DNA of 63,694 nt, the filler included, from Octopus bimaculoides (lineage: Eukaryota), in the NCBI RefSeq assembly GCF_001194135.2. It is 10 parts of 10 records of this genome, joined end to end, with 100 filler letters (N's around TTAATTAATTAA, not from the genome) between each part and the next. Parts side by side here need not be neighbours in the genome. Positions count along the whole stretch, not along the records: positions 42,852 to 55,812 come from NC_068981.1; positions 55,913 to 59,613 come from NC_068983.1; positions 59,714 to 62,561 come from NC_068985.1; 7 more parts are not named here. One strand, written 5' to 3'. Position numbers and translations under genes: made by a program. Below the pieces are notes generated by a model. That model was given only the letters and a program-made list of their open reading frames with translations. It was not told the DNA's origin and made no database searches. This document shows, piece by piece, positions 49,201 to 62,445 of the stretch. Numbering within the stretch: position 1 is the stretch's first letter; every line of letters begins with the position of its first letter.

Positions 49201-50068
49201 CTGATTCTTCATAGTATAATGTATGCTCCTTGTGTGTTCGAAGGTTTCGATCTTCGATTGACTAATTAATTTTGAATTACAGTCTAGAAAATGTTACAAA
49301 TTCCATTTTCTTTTCTTTTACTGAGCCTGGATTGATGAACCTTGTGAATGAGAAATCAGCAGTGTTTTGTATACTGATTTCAATTTTTGGCATAAGGCCA
49401 ACAATTTCGGGTGATGTGTAAATTGATAACATCGTCCCTAGTGTTCAATTGGTATTTATTTTATCGACCTCGAATGGATGAAAGTCAAAGCTGACCTCTG
49501 CGGAATTTGAACTGAAAACGTAAAAACGAACGAAACGCTGCTAAGTATGCGTGCTAACGATTCTACCTACGCACCACTTTAGTATCTTTTTGTATATTAG
49601 TAACATATTCCAATCGTTTAGAGGAAAAGAAACGGAGAGCTGTAACATTGTTGTCTTTCAAACTTAAATAAGAAGTCATACAACAAGAACGAATTAATGT
49701 AGGGTAGAAATCAATAGCAACATTGATATTGTAGCTTGCGAAAGAGGAACAGATTTGAAGATAAACATCAGCGTTTATAGTTACAGTAATAAGTGTAGTT
49801 ACGTGTCAAAATCAAACCGGCATCAATCGTCGTAGCAGCAGAGACATTTTTAACTGAACTGCATTACTAACTGTACCGGAGGTGATGAGACACGACTAAG
49901 TTGAAATTCGATTGTTTGCTTAAATATTCTGTCGAAGGTCATAACCGATACTGTTTAGAGAACAATCTGCTCTTAAATATTGAATTAGTTTATTACACTT
50001 TTCTCGTTGTGGTTATCTTTTCTCAAATATTGAATTAATTTACGAGTTTCACTTTGTGTGCATGTAAA

Positions 50069-50110
<42 letters not shown>

Positions 50111-50144
50111 TCAGATATACATACATACATACATACATACACAT

Positions 50145-50195
<51 letters not shown>

Positions 50196-51236
50196 CATAC
50201 ATATACATATATATACACACATATAATGCATATACTTATACTTAAATATATATACACACACATACAAATACACACGCGCACTCAAGCCGATTTGTATTGG
50301 GCTTTTTACTAATCGTTTCAATATTTGTGTTTTCCATCAGATATCGCAGTAAAATATGTGTTGTGTAAAGTTATTCACTTGTTTTTTTTGCGTATAACAA
50401 GAATTCTATACCCGAATGTGTCTTTCTTTAAGGAGGAAAGACACATGAAGCAAATTCCCTTCTGGAAATTTGGTTAATTCTATTTTCAATAGAGTATTCA
50501 TGAAAGCTTACTTTCTGTCTTTGAGAATCACGGGGACTATAAACCCTATTGTACTCTTCTGTTTTTTAAAAAAGGTAGTGTACAATATGTAGTGTCTTTG
50601 CTATTTTTATCAAGTCGATTTGTAGCGTAAGTTCTCATATAAAGGCTCGCAGTTGTTGTCTAGCCTTAGGTTAACTATCATAAGAGACATTAATCTAGTC
50701 TTTTTTAAAAAATTACATTGTCATATAATAAGTATGTACATGTGTGTGTGTTTGTGTGTTTGTCCGTCTATACTATATTAGTGTGTTTATAAGTTATATT
50801 ATGATATAACATATTTATGTTGGTAGACACACACACATACACACACACACCCATATACACACATATGTATGTATACTGAGTAATAGTTTAGCTTGTATTT
50901 TGACGTTAAATTTTCGTTGGGATGAAAGCTAGAGTAGCTCTTCGGAGATATTCAAAAAGAAAATAAAGAACAAAGGGGCTCCTTTATTTAAGAGAGACAA
51001 CTCCCATTTGACAACAGCTCACGTTGCTGTAGTCATAACTCTGTGATGACAGATAACAGATGGAAGTTTCTACATGTCGAAGCAGGCAGGATATTAACGT
51101 CATTAGTCATTGACGCACTCCAGTTGGTGGTTCAAATTCATCAGTACTTAAGACACAGGGTGGTGAGAAGTGTTTACAATCTGATGTACAGTTATGGTCA
51201 TCGAAGTAGAGATGACCTAGCGACAGCAGATTCTAG

Positions 51237-51647
51237 GTGAAAGTAACGTTGTCTTAGCTTCCTTAACAGGCAAGTAAGTACTAACTACTCCTATTAAAAA
51301 ACACAACGGAAAATGTACTTCTCTTTTGATGCATTTGAAGGTATTGTATTTGATAGTCTCGCTACTCGCACAGTTATCACCCCATTTATTCCTGCTACTC
51401 GGTGATCCAACTAAAACACTATAGACATCTAAGCCAAGTACCACACACCGATGACTAAGTGACATTAGCATTTCACGTTGCCTTGTGTCTCTACCAGCCA
51501 TCTGTGGTCGCTAAGTTATTATTACATCTACCGTATCCGAAAATCGGACAATAAACTCTCTCCTTTCTCTAATACAGAAGCCATTTTTCATTACACAATG
51601 CCTTGAGCACTGATGCGACTGACGCACCAAATACTATACATTTATGA
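51237..51647 (+). CDS. Candidate last two exons of an unknown gene (51237-51273 and 51578-51647)
   Basis: GTAAGTA donor and CTCTCCTTTCTCTAATACAG acceptor; phases agree (GESNVVLASLTGK-SHFSLHNALSTDATDAPNTIHL*); AATAAA at 51736. Confidence 0.28.
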
Positions 51648-51933
51648 CTGAGTTACATTAATATTCCGCCTGCTTTAATATGTGGAGTGCATCCATCTAT
51701 CTATGCAACAGCCGGTTGGATTAAGTTATCTTTGCAATAAAGAAGTTATTTTACTTTTCTTCACTTTGCTTGCAAATAACCGAAGTGCTCGATTTGCTTT
51801 CACGTTTAAGAAACTTAATTAAGACCAGAAGCTAAGTCGACCTGTTAATAAATACAACTCCAACAATATGTATTGAGTGTTATTTCCGTACGCCTGTCAC
51901 ATTCTCGAATATAATATATAGACTAGCTTTTGA

Positions 51934-51970
<37 letters not shown>

Positions 51971-52200
51971 NNNNNNNNNNNNNNNNNNNNNNNNNNNNNN
52001 NNNNNNNNNNNNNNNNNNNNNNNNNNNNNNNNNNNNTATATATATGTATACATATATATATATACATATATATACACATATATATATACACATATGTATA
52101 TACATATGTATGTACATATATACATGTACATATATATTTGTAAATATATATATACATATACATACATAAATACATGTATTTACTTACATAAATGTATATA

Positions 52201-52231
<31 letters not shown>

Positions 52232-52620
52232 ATGTATGCGTGTATATATGTATGTAAGTAAGTAGGTATATATGTATCTATGTATCTGTGTATGTGTGTA
52301 TACATATTCATGGAATAAAAAACATTGTGTTAAAAGACAATTTGAAGAAACAGGTGAAGGAAACGCAGGAATTGAAGAAGTACAATAAGCAAGGTATATA
52401 GAAGAAATGAAAAATGGAGGGAAAATAGCGGAGAAAAAGAAAATACGGTACTCACGGGTGTTTATCGAGAATGGATTGTGGTCCATTGACAGGATTGACT
52501 TCTGTGCGTATGATTATGCGACGACATTTTCTAAAGATTTCCTTTCTAGAGTTCAGATAGGTAATATGATTTCTGAAGATTTGTTGAAAACCTCTGAGAA
52601 AAAATATTCACATCTTGGTT

Positions 52621-52656
<36 letters not shown>

Positions 52657-53330
52657 AGAGTGTCAAGTACTCTTCATTTGATTTAATATTCAATTTTACT
52701 GTCCTTCAAGCACTGCGAATGTCGTGTCGATGTATTGGCTTCTTGCTCGTTAGAATGGTTGTTAGATGAAAATTAGTTATAACATCTTTAACTAAATTGG
52801 CCATCTGCTATAACAATGTAACAAATTTCCCCTGCAGTTGATTTGATACGGCCCTGGTGATCACTGGCTCATTTCTTGCATTCATGCTGGAAAAAAGATG
52901 CACTTTATTGTCTTATATTTGTATGCATCGAGTTGTCAGGTCGCTCTCGAGTACTACTGGTTGCTCTTCAACGATACTGGTAACATGTAACCCAGAACAA
53001 CCTTTTACTTGGTCGGGTCATCGAGAACTAAACTGGCAACACCACCAAGCTTGCTTTGTGAGGAGGGTAATTTGTTGGATACCCTAAGGGGCGAAAAATA
53101 AGAGGAACTGATGAGTTGTCAACGGCCATTCAACAATATGTGTGCGCGTGTGTGCGCGTGTGGGGTGGGTGGGTGTAGAATATATATATGTTGAATATTT
53201 TTAAACTTCTTTTTATATCTATATTTTTATAATCATTTTTAATTCTTATTTTTGTTCTTTATTATTTTTATTTTGTCTTATATCTATACACATATATATA
53301 TAACGTGTTTTATATTTGTCTGGAGTAATC

Positions 53331-54890
53331 GGGTGGGAGTAGCACCACTGATGGGGGGACTGTCGCACACTTTTAGATATGATCCTCCCACTTCGGTCCC
53401 CAGTTGACTCTTAGCGCTCACTCAAGGCTTCTCGTAACTGTTTGCATGCAACAGCGGTCACACCACCGCATGCAACAGCGGCAACAGTTTCGATAGGCCG
53501 GTTAAACTAGGTGAGAGTAGCCGATGGGTCTGAAACCCTCGGTAAGTAAATCAAGGTTTACCAACCTTTGGCGTGCGAAGACTGGTTCCGGTGGACTGGG
53601 TGGACAAGTTCCAACGGCTAAGAAGGTGGTCCCAGCAGGCGTTGTGGAGCGCTTAGGGCAAAATAAGACCCGAAGACGTTCTGGTCATCCACTGCAGGAG
53701 GGAGGTTTCTACACGCAACTGTTCTCCCTGCCACTGGGTAAGGGTTTCTTTTGCCGAGAGAGTAGGATTTCCTACGTGCAAATACTCTTCCACTTTAATC
53801 AAGCTCTAGCACAGGTGACTGTGTATCCCAGCCCCAACATGCTACTGAAGTACTGCGGCAACGGGGAAATGGCGAAAGTGGCAGGTGGAGACAGCTCCAG
53901 GAATTCATAGTCACGAACCTGCACGTAGGCTGCCTGGGACTTTGGTCGTTCTTCTTCGAACTCGAGACAGCGGAGAACTTCGACAGAATCTCAGGCGACT
54001 GCGCAGCTTTTTTAGGAACGCACTGCTGATCCCAGGAATCGTGGGACATAGATAAAGCGGCCTAAAGAGAACCCGCCCTACACCATATTGCCAGTTTACC
54101 GTGGCTGGCAGACTTAATCCACTTGCAATAAATTCCAACTGATCATCGGGTCGTGAAACATAGGAACCCTTCTAGATCGTGACAATGCTTCAAGACCCCA
54201 GAGGACAGCCCTTGAAGCCAACATGTCGAGGCACAACATCGACATCACTGCTTTAAATGAAACCAGACTGGATACAACTTTTTCTGGAAAGGAAAGACCC
54301 AGAACAGAGACTGCGTCCACAGGATTGGACGTGCAACCAAGATCAAACTCCATAAAAAGATCCCTGATCTCCCCGACTGGGGTGAATGAAAGGCGGATGA
54401 AGATCCGCCTCTCCATCAGCAACAGACGGCTTGTCACTATCATCAACGCCTTCACTCTCACCATGACATCCACTCAACTATGTAGGGTGAGCTGAAGGAA
54501 TGCACAAAGCAACGAGGAAGATACAAGTTGAGTAATAAGGACACCCTATAGGGCAACCTAAAGTGGTGTGGAATCAAACATCGCAAACTTGAGACTGCAG
54601 TCAGAAACAGCGCTACCTGGAGGTCAACCACCTACACTGCTGTAGCTGTCTTTGGAGAGGATAGACAGCACATACACAGCAACGCCTCGCAACAGCAAGG
54701 GACAGATGTCACCAGGCCGCAGCATCCTCAGTCCCGACCACAGTCTAGTAGTGTCCAACCTGCTGGTGCCTGTGTGCTTCCGGCTTTGAGCTGCGCAGCC
54801 ACATGCGTCCCACCGTTGACTGCTGAGACCACAGAGTTCGTCTTCAACAGAGATCGGTGGACTACCAAGCAAGCAAGCAAGCAAGCAAGC
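53331..54890 (+). mobile_element. Internally deleted RTE-BovB-like LINE retaining 5'UTR, part of APE, C-terminal zinc finger and (CAAG)n tail
   Basis: NIGTLLD, NIDITALNETRL, VNERRMKIRL, KDTL*GNLKWCGI, CPTCWCLCASGFELRSHMR, and CAAGCAAGCAAG. RT core is absent. Confidence 0.8.
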
Positions 54891-55022
54891 ATCGAGTTGT
54901 GACCTGCTTATCAGTAATTGTTATAATTAAAATAAAATATTTTTCTTTTCAACCAAAATACGTTCTCCCATTGTGTTTTGGCTTACATTGCAATATATAT
55001 AAACACACATATATATGTGTAA

Positions 55023-55064
<42 letters not shown>

Positions 55065-55669
55065 ACACACACGCATATGCATATTACATATGTACACACA
55101 TGCATGCACACGCACGCACCATTACACACACACATATATGCCGCGCTTTGACTATGGTCAACCGAGGATGCGCTTATATACAGCTATTGTTGAATCATAT
55201 TAGTTCAATATTATGTATAATATATGTAACATTCATCAATTAACAGCTGATAATGATGCATAGAAACAATTATAATGGTTTGTTATAAAGCTTGCCCAAT
55301 CCATCTTTTCGTTCAATCTATCTTTTGGGTCAATCAATCTTCGTTTTTTTTTATACTTTTCTGAGAATCGCGGAATTTTACATCCAGTGACAGGAGAAGT
55401 CTTACAGTATAATAACATTTGGTAGCCGATACTCGGAGAGAAGATTTGGGAAACACACTATGGGGTTATTATCCAGGTTATATTAGATCTGTGAGGGGGT
55501 ATGTGTGTGTTGGGGGTATGTGTGTCTTTGTGTGTATGAGTGTGTGTGTCTGTGCATATAACTGTGCATGTGTTCGTATAGAGATATACAGATATAAAAG
55601 AGGATAATTAATGCATATAGTAGTTGAATTTATTTACTAATACATTCGATGCTGCTCCTTAGCTCACCA

Positions 55670-55812
55670 GAATCTGCAATGCAAGACATTTCCGAATCTG
55701 CAATGCAAGACATTTCCGAATCTGCAATGCAAGACATTTCCGAATCTGCAATGCAAGACATTTCCGAATCTGCAATGCAAGACATTTCCGAATCTGCAAT
55801 GCAAGACATTTC
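55670..55812. repeat. Perfect 24-bp minisatellite GAATCTGCAATGCAAGACATTTCC, about 6 copies, cut by a gap
   Basis: Five complete identical units plus 23 bp; no spacers between units. Confidence 0.97.
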
Positions 55813-55912
55813 NNNNNNNNNNNNNNNNNNNNNNNNNNNNNNNNNNNNNNNNNNNNTTAATTAATTAANNNNNNNNNNNNNNNNNNNNNNNNNNNNNNNN
55901 NNNNNNNNNNNN

Positions 55913-55947
<35 letters not shown>

Positions 55948-56123
55948 GTGTGTATGTGTTAGTGTGTGTGCGTGTTTGCATGCACACATGTGCACATATA
56001 TCTATCAATTAATCTATGTAATCGTCTTCCCCTTCTTTCTCTGTATGTGTACACATATACACACATTATATAAACATATACATATACATATATACATACA
56101 CACACACACACACACACACACAT

Positions 56124-56192
<69 letters not shown>

Positions 56193-56372
56193 CATATATA
56201 TACATACACGCACTCGCCACGATTATATACAGGTGTATAACCTGACGAATGTCGTGTACAGGATATGAATCAGGTAAAAATCGATCTCCACGAGATTATA
56301 ATGTCACCCGTGACTCAATAGCAATGTCCAGGAATGACCAATAAATTAATGGTGGCAAATTTTTTAACATAC

Positions 56373-56438
56373 CTTTGTTAGTGGATATCGATTACACTTT
56401 GATATCTGTCGTTAATTCCTCTACGGACAGAACAGAAG
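56373..56438 (-). other. Candidate non-coding (UTR or lncRNA) exon
   Basis: TTCTTTTTTTTTCAG acceptor and AAG|GTATGT donor; 66 bp with stops in all three frames. Confidence 0.3.
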
Positions 56439-56588
56439 CTGAAAAAAAAAGAATCGATTTTCACCTGACTCATATCCTGAATACCTCATTTCTTATCCCT
56501 GTATATTTGTATATACATGATGCTTTAGTCAGATTCAAGGGATGACATTATACACACGTAAACGTAGGCTTACCTTTTTACGTATTTA

Positions 56589-56652
<64 letters not shown>

Positions 56653-58240
56653 TACACATACACATAGTCTCCTAAGGTTAAATATATACAAATGTACAAG
56701 GACATTATAAGTCATACATGTATTTATAGTGTATGTGTATGCGTATCCGTGTGTCTGCATGTATGTGTGTATGTATTTAAGTATGTGTGCGTGTGTATGT
56801 GTGTGTTTGTATACAAAGTATTATGTATATGTATACATAAATATGCATATTTGTCATATTTGTGTGTGTGAATATGTTAACCTTTTAAATCCGGTATTAA
56901 TGAATACATACAAATGCTGAATCACGTAAGCAACCGGAATGCAGAAAAAAATAACTTAAGATACCCGCCACGAATATTCTAGAAAATTTAAACACCAATG
57001 CTCAGTCGAACCATTCCCAGAAAATATTGTGAGAAAATTAGGAGCCGCGTATCTAATCTCGCTACTTGCCAAAAAGTAATCTTGCTCAGCGAGAGATAAT
57101 CGTCAGAAAGCAGCCGATATTAAAATTAATATATCGCCTGATTTCTGAAAATGCATTAATTTTATTGCCGAAAGAGAACTTCAGACCCATTTAGCTTCAA
57201 AATGAATATTGAAAAGTTTACAATGATTACACAGTGTAACAAATTTTTATTCATTCATTCATTGATTCATTTATTTATTTATGTCTTTGGTCAGGAAGTG
57301 TTGTTCATTGCTTCTATTTAGAAATCAAAGGAAATGGCTACTTTTCTCTCCAGACTTTGCTTTTATGAAGTGGACATCAATGTTTTGAAACTGACCTATT
57401 TTCCATCACATTTCAGACAGATTCAGCGCTGAGTTGCTGAAGCAGACATACCGTTATAGCAAATATTCTGCTCAACACCACAGATTTGCTTGTCCGTTGC
57501 TTGACCTTAACCATTTGAGCATGTCACTTAGTGGCTGACAATATGTACATCTCTGATCATGAGCGGGAGTAGTCGGGGAGCATCATAGCCATGTGTTGGG
57601 TGGGATTCTTTGCGGTTTGAATAAATGTAACAAAAGCAGTTTTGAAGGAAATAGCCATTTTTCATATTTTGTAGGGGTAAGCAAATGGGAAATAACAGTT
57701 GCTACCCAAGGACAAAAATCGTGTCACTTAGTGTAATCGTCAGAAATCAGGCAATATTAAAATGATCACATCACCTAATTTCTGGGGGTGTATCAATTTT
57801 ATTGCCCAAAGAGAATTTCAAACCCATTCAGCCTCAAAATGGAAATTCAAGAAAAGTTTACAATGCACATTCACATTACTGTTTTTGAACTGTTTCTTTT
57901 TTACTTGTTTCAGTCATTGGACTGCAGTCATAGTGGGGGCATCGCTTTGAACGGTTTAATCGACCAAGTGATATTTTTTAAAATCCTGACGCTTATGTTA
58001 TCGGGCTTTTTTTTTTTATCGAACTGTCAAGTTACGTGAACGTAAACAAATCAACACCGGTTTTCAAGCAATTGGGTGGGAATAAACACAAGAAAAAAGG
58101 TAAAGACATACGCACATAGATGCATATGCACACACACGCGCGCACATACATGTATACATATGTCAAAACATGATCGCAGCTGGATAACTGAAGCTAGCAA
58201 AAAAGATAAAAATAAATATGTACACACACACACACACACA

Positions 58241-58288
<48 letters not shown>

Positions 58289-58616
58289 NNNNNNNNNNNN
58301 NNNNNNNNNNNNNNNNNNNNNNNNNNNNNNNNNNNNNNNNNNNNNNNNNNNNNNNNNNNNNNNNNNNNNNNNNNNNNNNNNNNNNNNNNNNNNNNNNNNN
58401 NNNNNNNNNNNNNNNNNNNNNNNNNNNNNNNNNNNNNNNNNNNNNNNNNNNNNNNNNNNNNNNNNNNNNNNNNNNNNNNNNNNNNNNNNNNNNNNNNNNN
58501 NNNNNNNNNNNNNNNNNNNNNNNNNNNNNNNNNNNNNNNNNNNNNNNNNNNNNNNNNNNNNNNNNNNNNNNNNNNNNNNNNNNNNNNNNNNNNNNNNNNN
58601 NNNNNNNNNNNNNNNN

Positions 58617-58674
<58 letters not shown>

Positions 58675-59061
58675 CGAGAATCTTCTTTCACTTTCCATCT
58701 ACCAAATCAATTCGCAAGGCTTTGGTCGGCCCTTAGCAATAATAGAAGACACTTGCCTAAGCTTGCACGCTGTAGGACAGAACCCATGACTATATAGTTG
58801 GGAAGTGACTTTCTTAGCCACACAGCCACACCTGCACCTATTTACATTTTTTTCTTAATTTTAAAATTCTGAGGGAATATTTTTTTATCATTTTGTCAGG
58901 AAAGAAGGAAGTATCCATGATCCTTTACAATGATCTTGAGATTAATGGGATTCTTAAGTCAGAGACCTGTCCAAATGCTTGCAACAGAGCGGATTCCACT
59001 ATGAGTACACAGGGTACACGGCGATGGTGTCAAATCGGGAGACTGGGTAAATCTACCATTT

Positions 59062-59328
59062 GTGTAGTTTTCAACCATTTTTTTACCAATGGACCCCTTT
59101 GATTCCTATTTAGCTCAGCGGTGGGGAGGACCCTTCGAGTCATTTGATGTCTAAAAACTCCTATTAGAATTTTATGATTAAATATTATTAGGAATAGTAT
59201 AAGAAAATGTTTAGATATTTTGTGTAATGTAGAAATATAACCAATTTGTTGCACATAAATTTTAACAACAAACTCTTAATCCATATGACCCGTTAAGAGG
59301 TCATATGGACCCCGGTTGAGAACCACTG
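59062..59328. mobile_element. hAT-type MITE
   Basis: Right end GGTTGAGAACCACTG (reverse complement of CAGTGGTTCTCAACC); degenerate left end GTGTAGTTTTCAACC; subterminal hairpin CCATATGACC/GGTCATATGG; no TSD seen. Confidence 0.5.
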
Positions 59329-59454
59329 GTGTAGGTCATAGCTAGATTTGAACTAAGAATGCAAAGAAGCAGAAAAATATCACATAGCATCCAGTCTGAC
59401 ATTCTTAATGTTTTGTCAGACCACTTGTTGGATTATCATTATTATTATTGTGTG

Positions 59455-59495
<41 letters not shown>

Positions 59496-59740
59496 GCGTG
59501 CGTGTGTGGACCACGAAAGGATCAAGAGCAAACATTTACCTCGGCGGAATTTGAACTTCGATCGCAGAGATGTAAAACATATACCAGGTGTAGAACTCAA
59601 ACTACCGAAGAAANNNNNNNNNNNNNNNNNNNNNNNNNNNNNNNNNNNNNNNNNNNNTTAATTAATTAANNNNNNNNNNNNNNNNNNNNNNNNNNNNNNN
59701 NNNNNNNNNNNNNTATATATGTATGTATGTATGCATATAT

Positions 59741-59790
<50 letters not shown>

Positions 59791-59880
59791 GGGAGAATAT
59801 ACAAATAATAACAACAGACGAGGACAGGTGGTGTAAATAACAAAAGTATATATTAGTATGACGCTCGGGAATACGGAAAG

Positions 59881-59917
59881 TCTTTGACGTTTCGAGCTAC
59901 GCTCTTCAACAGAAAGA
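59881..59917 (-). ncRNA. Minimal type-I hammerhead ribozyme motif (Penelope type) with variant core CUGUUGA
   Basis: Minus strand TCTTT-CTGTTGA-A-GAGC-GTA-GCTC-GAAAC-GTC-AAAGA: perfect stems I and II, palindromic ACGT stem III and GUC triplet. Confidence 0.7.
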
Positions 59918-60149
59918 ATACGGAGACAAGGAGAAAAACACGGAGAAAAAAATTGAATAGTGTTCAGTCAACGGTCAATCTGTATGCGTGCGCATGTGAG
60001 TGTGTGTGTGTGTGTGTGTGAAGTCGCCTGGCGTAATGGTGAGTCGGGCTGTCGCATAACGCGGACCTCTTGCAGATTCAAAGCAACCTCGATATGAAGA
60101 AGCGGATCAACTTTTCCCAAGAGTGGAAAAGATGAAGTTTAAAATGCAA

Positions 60150-60340
60150 ACGAAAGGAAGTCTCAATTAAAGAACACGATGTCGCTTTCAGAATTTTCGA
60201 AGACGGATAGAAGATGACAATCGATTCAGACCCGAATGCATAAAGAATGTTGCAAATGAGAAGACAAGAATTGAAAATGCACTTGGCTGCTATATCGACA
60301 TGCACCAAGTGAAGAATAAAGAAAAATGAAAGCAAACAAC
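60150..60340 (+). mobile_element. Tigger/pogo transposase C-terminal remnant
   Basis: AFRIFEDG...DSDPNA*RMLQMRR, then RIENALGCYIDMHQVKNKEK*, resembling the Tigger DPN.ER...IE....CY tail. Confidence 0.45.
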
Positions 60341-61018
60341 ATTTAAAAAAATATTTTTAAAAGAACAAAGAGCGTTCTTTGTCGGTTTATGCTGATGCAA
60401 GTCGATAAACTAGTAAAATATAAAACTGCGTTTAATTCATATATTTGTTTATTTATATTGATTTTCATTTGCTTTTTGCCACAAGGTATTTCGGAAAATA
60501 TAAAAATCGAGAAATCGATCGGTGATTTTACAGGTATTTATGTATTCGAACGCCTGGAGAGGAGACAGGCGCCACCAAGTCATCAATCCATTTAAATATA
60601 GTGACACAGTGAAATAAGGTCACGTCTTTTTGTATGCACCAACGGCCTTCCAACACTAAGAATTCTCATTGATCTACTGATGTTCGAACACTATTGTGCT
60701 TTAACAGCGCATTTTGCTAGCAGTAATCAAGACATTTTTTCATCTTATTCCTCCTCTCTTTCTTTATGTGTGTGTGCTTATATTTATATATGGAAAGATA
60801 AATAGATAGAGAGACTGACAGACACACACATCACATATATATGTATGTATATATATATATATATGTATGTATGTATATATATGTATGTATGTATGTATGT
60901 ATATATATATATATATTAATTTTGGGACTGCCATGTTGGCTTGGCGATAACTATTAATTTCCAGTACCGCTGTCGTAGTCTCCTTTAGAGAGACTTAGAA
61001 ATATTAATNNNNNNNNNN

Positions 61019-61060
<42 letters not shown>

Positions 61061-61947
61061 TAGATAGATATAGATATGTGTATGTGTGTGTGTGTGTGTG
61101 TATATATATCTTGATAATACTAAAATCTAAGGATGTGTGTCTGTACCCGAAATATCTCAGAAATAGTATATTTTATCTTAATATTGTTTTGCGTATTTAT
61201 TTTCATACTTACCTCCGGCAGTGCAGTACAAACCTTTGTGACATTTGGACCTCTATTTATTAACGAAAACGAGTAAACGCAATTTTTGTTTGTTATTTCT
61301 TGCCGAAAAACATGGCTTCCGTGACGTCAACACACATTCACACACACAGAATACACACATATAATGAATGTCAAGGCCTGTCAAAAAATACAAACACACG
61401 TCCACTATCTGTGACATATGCACACACATAGTCTTCGCGCTCTCTAAAAAAGAAATAAACGTGGATTTTTTGACGTACACAATATTTTAATCATTTAGAA
61501 ATATTTTTAACTGAATGTGATTTCAAAAATGTAAGTCGCTTGTACAGTAAGTATTTATATTTTAGCTTTCTTTAAACAAACATTTTTATGTTTAAAATTA
61601 TTTTCAGTTTCTTTAACATTTTTTATTTATTTACTTTTGTTTTTAAAATGAAAGAGAGGAGAAAGTGAAAGATGTATGTACGTGTATATGAAATAGACGT
61701 GTGTGTGTGTGTGAAAGAGAGAGAGAGAGAGAGTGACAAAGAGAAAGAGAGAGGAAGAGAGAAAAAGAGAAAGAGTGAGTGAAAGGGTGTATTGTCATGT
61801 ATACGTACATACATCAATACATATGTGTACATCTTTTTTGTATTACATGTGCATGTGTGTGAGAGAGAGAGAGAGTGAGTGAACGTGTGTGTTCTCATGG
61901 ATGTATAAGTGTCACTCTTTCTGTCTGTCTGTCTGTCTCTCTGTTTA

Positions 61948-62017
<70 letters not shown>

Positions 62018-62225
62018 GTTTCATATACACGTTCATACCTCTTTCACTTTCTCCTCTGTTTCACTTTAAAACAAAAGTAAATAAATAAAAAAAATTACGG
62101 AAATTAACGGACAAAACTAGCTGATCAGGATGACAGTTCTAAGAGTCAAAGCGAAAGATCGCCCCAAGGGAATATCATTACAAAATTTTTTTCGACCGCA
62201 TTCAACGTATCTCAGCTCCAAAAAA

Positions 62226-62332
62226 TTGGCTGCTATTTCTAGCACGCCCTGCTACCACGTAACAGCTATTTGCAATAAAGGATCCGAAATATCTGTTACG
62301 TGGTAGCAGGGCTTGCAAGAAATAGCAGCCAA
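62226..62332. repeat. 40-bp inverted repeat (2 mismatches) with 27-nt loop
   Basis: 62226-62265 versus the reverse complement of 62293-62332. Confidence 0.9.
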
Positions 62333-62445
62333 ATCTTTCCTTCTCTGGGGGAAAAGAGCCGTTTACGCGTGATTCGTTGGAAGCATGCGAAATAACTAGG
62401 AAAAGAAAAAAAAAACTCTGTTGCCGGGAAACTCAGACTTTCCAG

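Noticed and set aside
55670-55812. CRISPR array
   Set aside because: The 24-bp units are contiguous with no spacers, there are no cas genes, and the context is eukaryotic.
716-59843. Many long ORFs in the supplied track containing X runs
   Set aside because: They stay open only because N gaps contain no stop codons.
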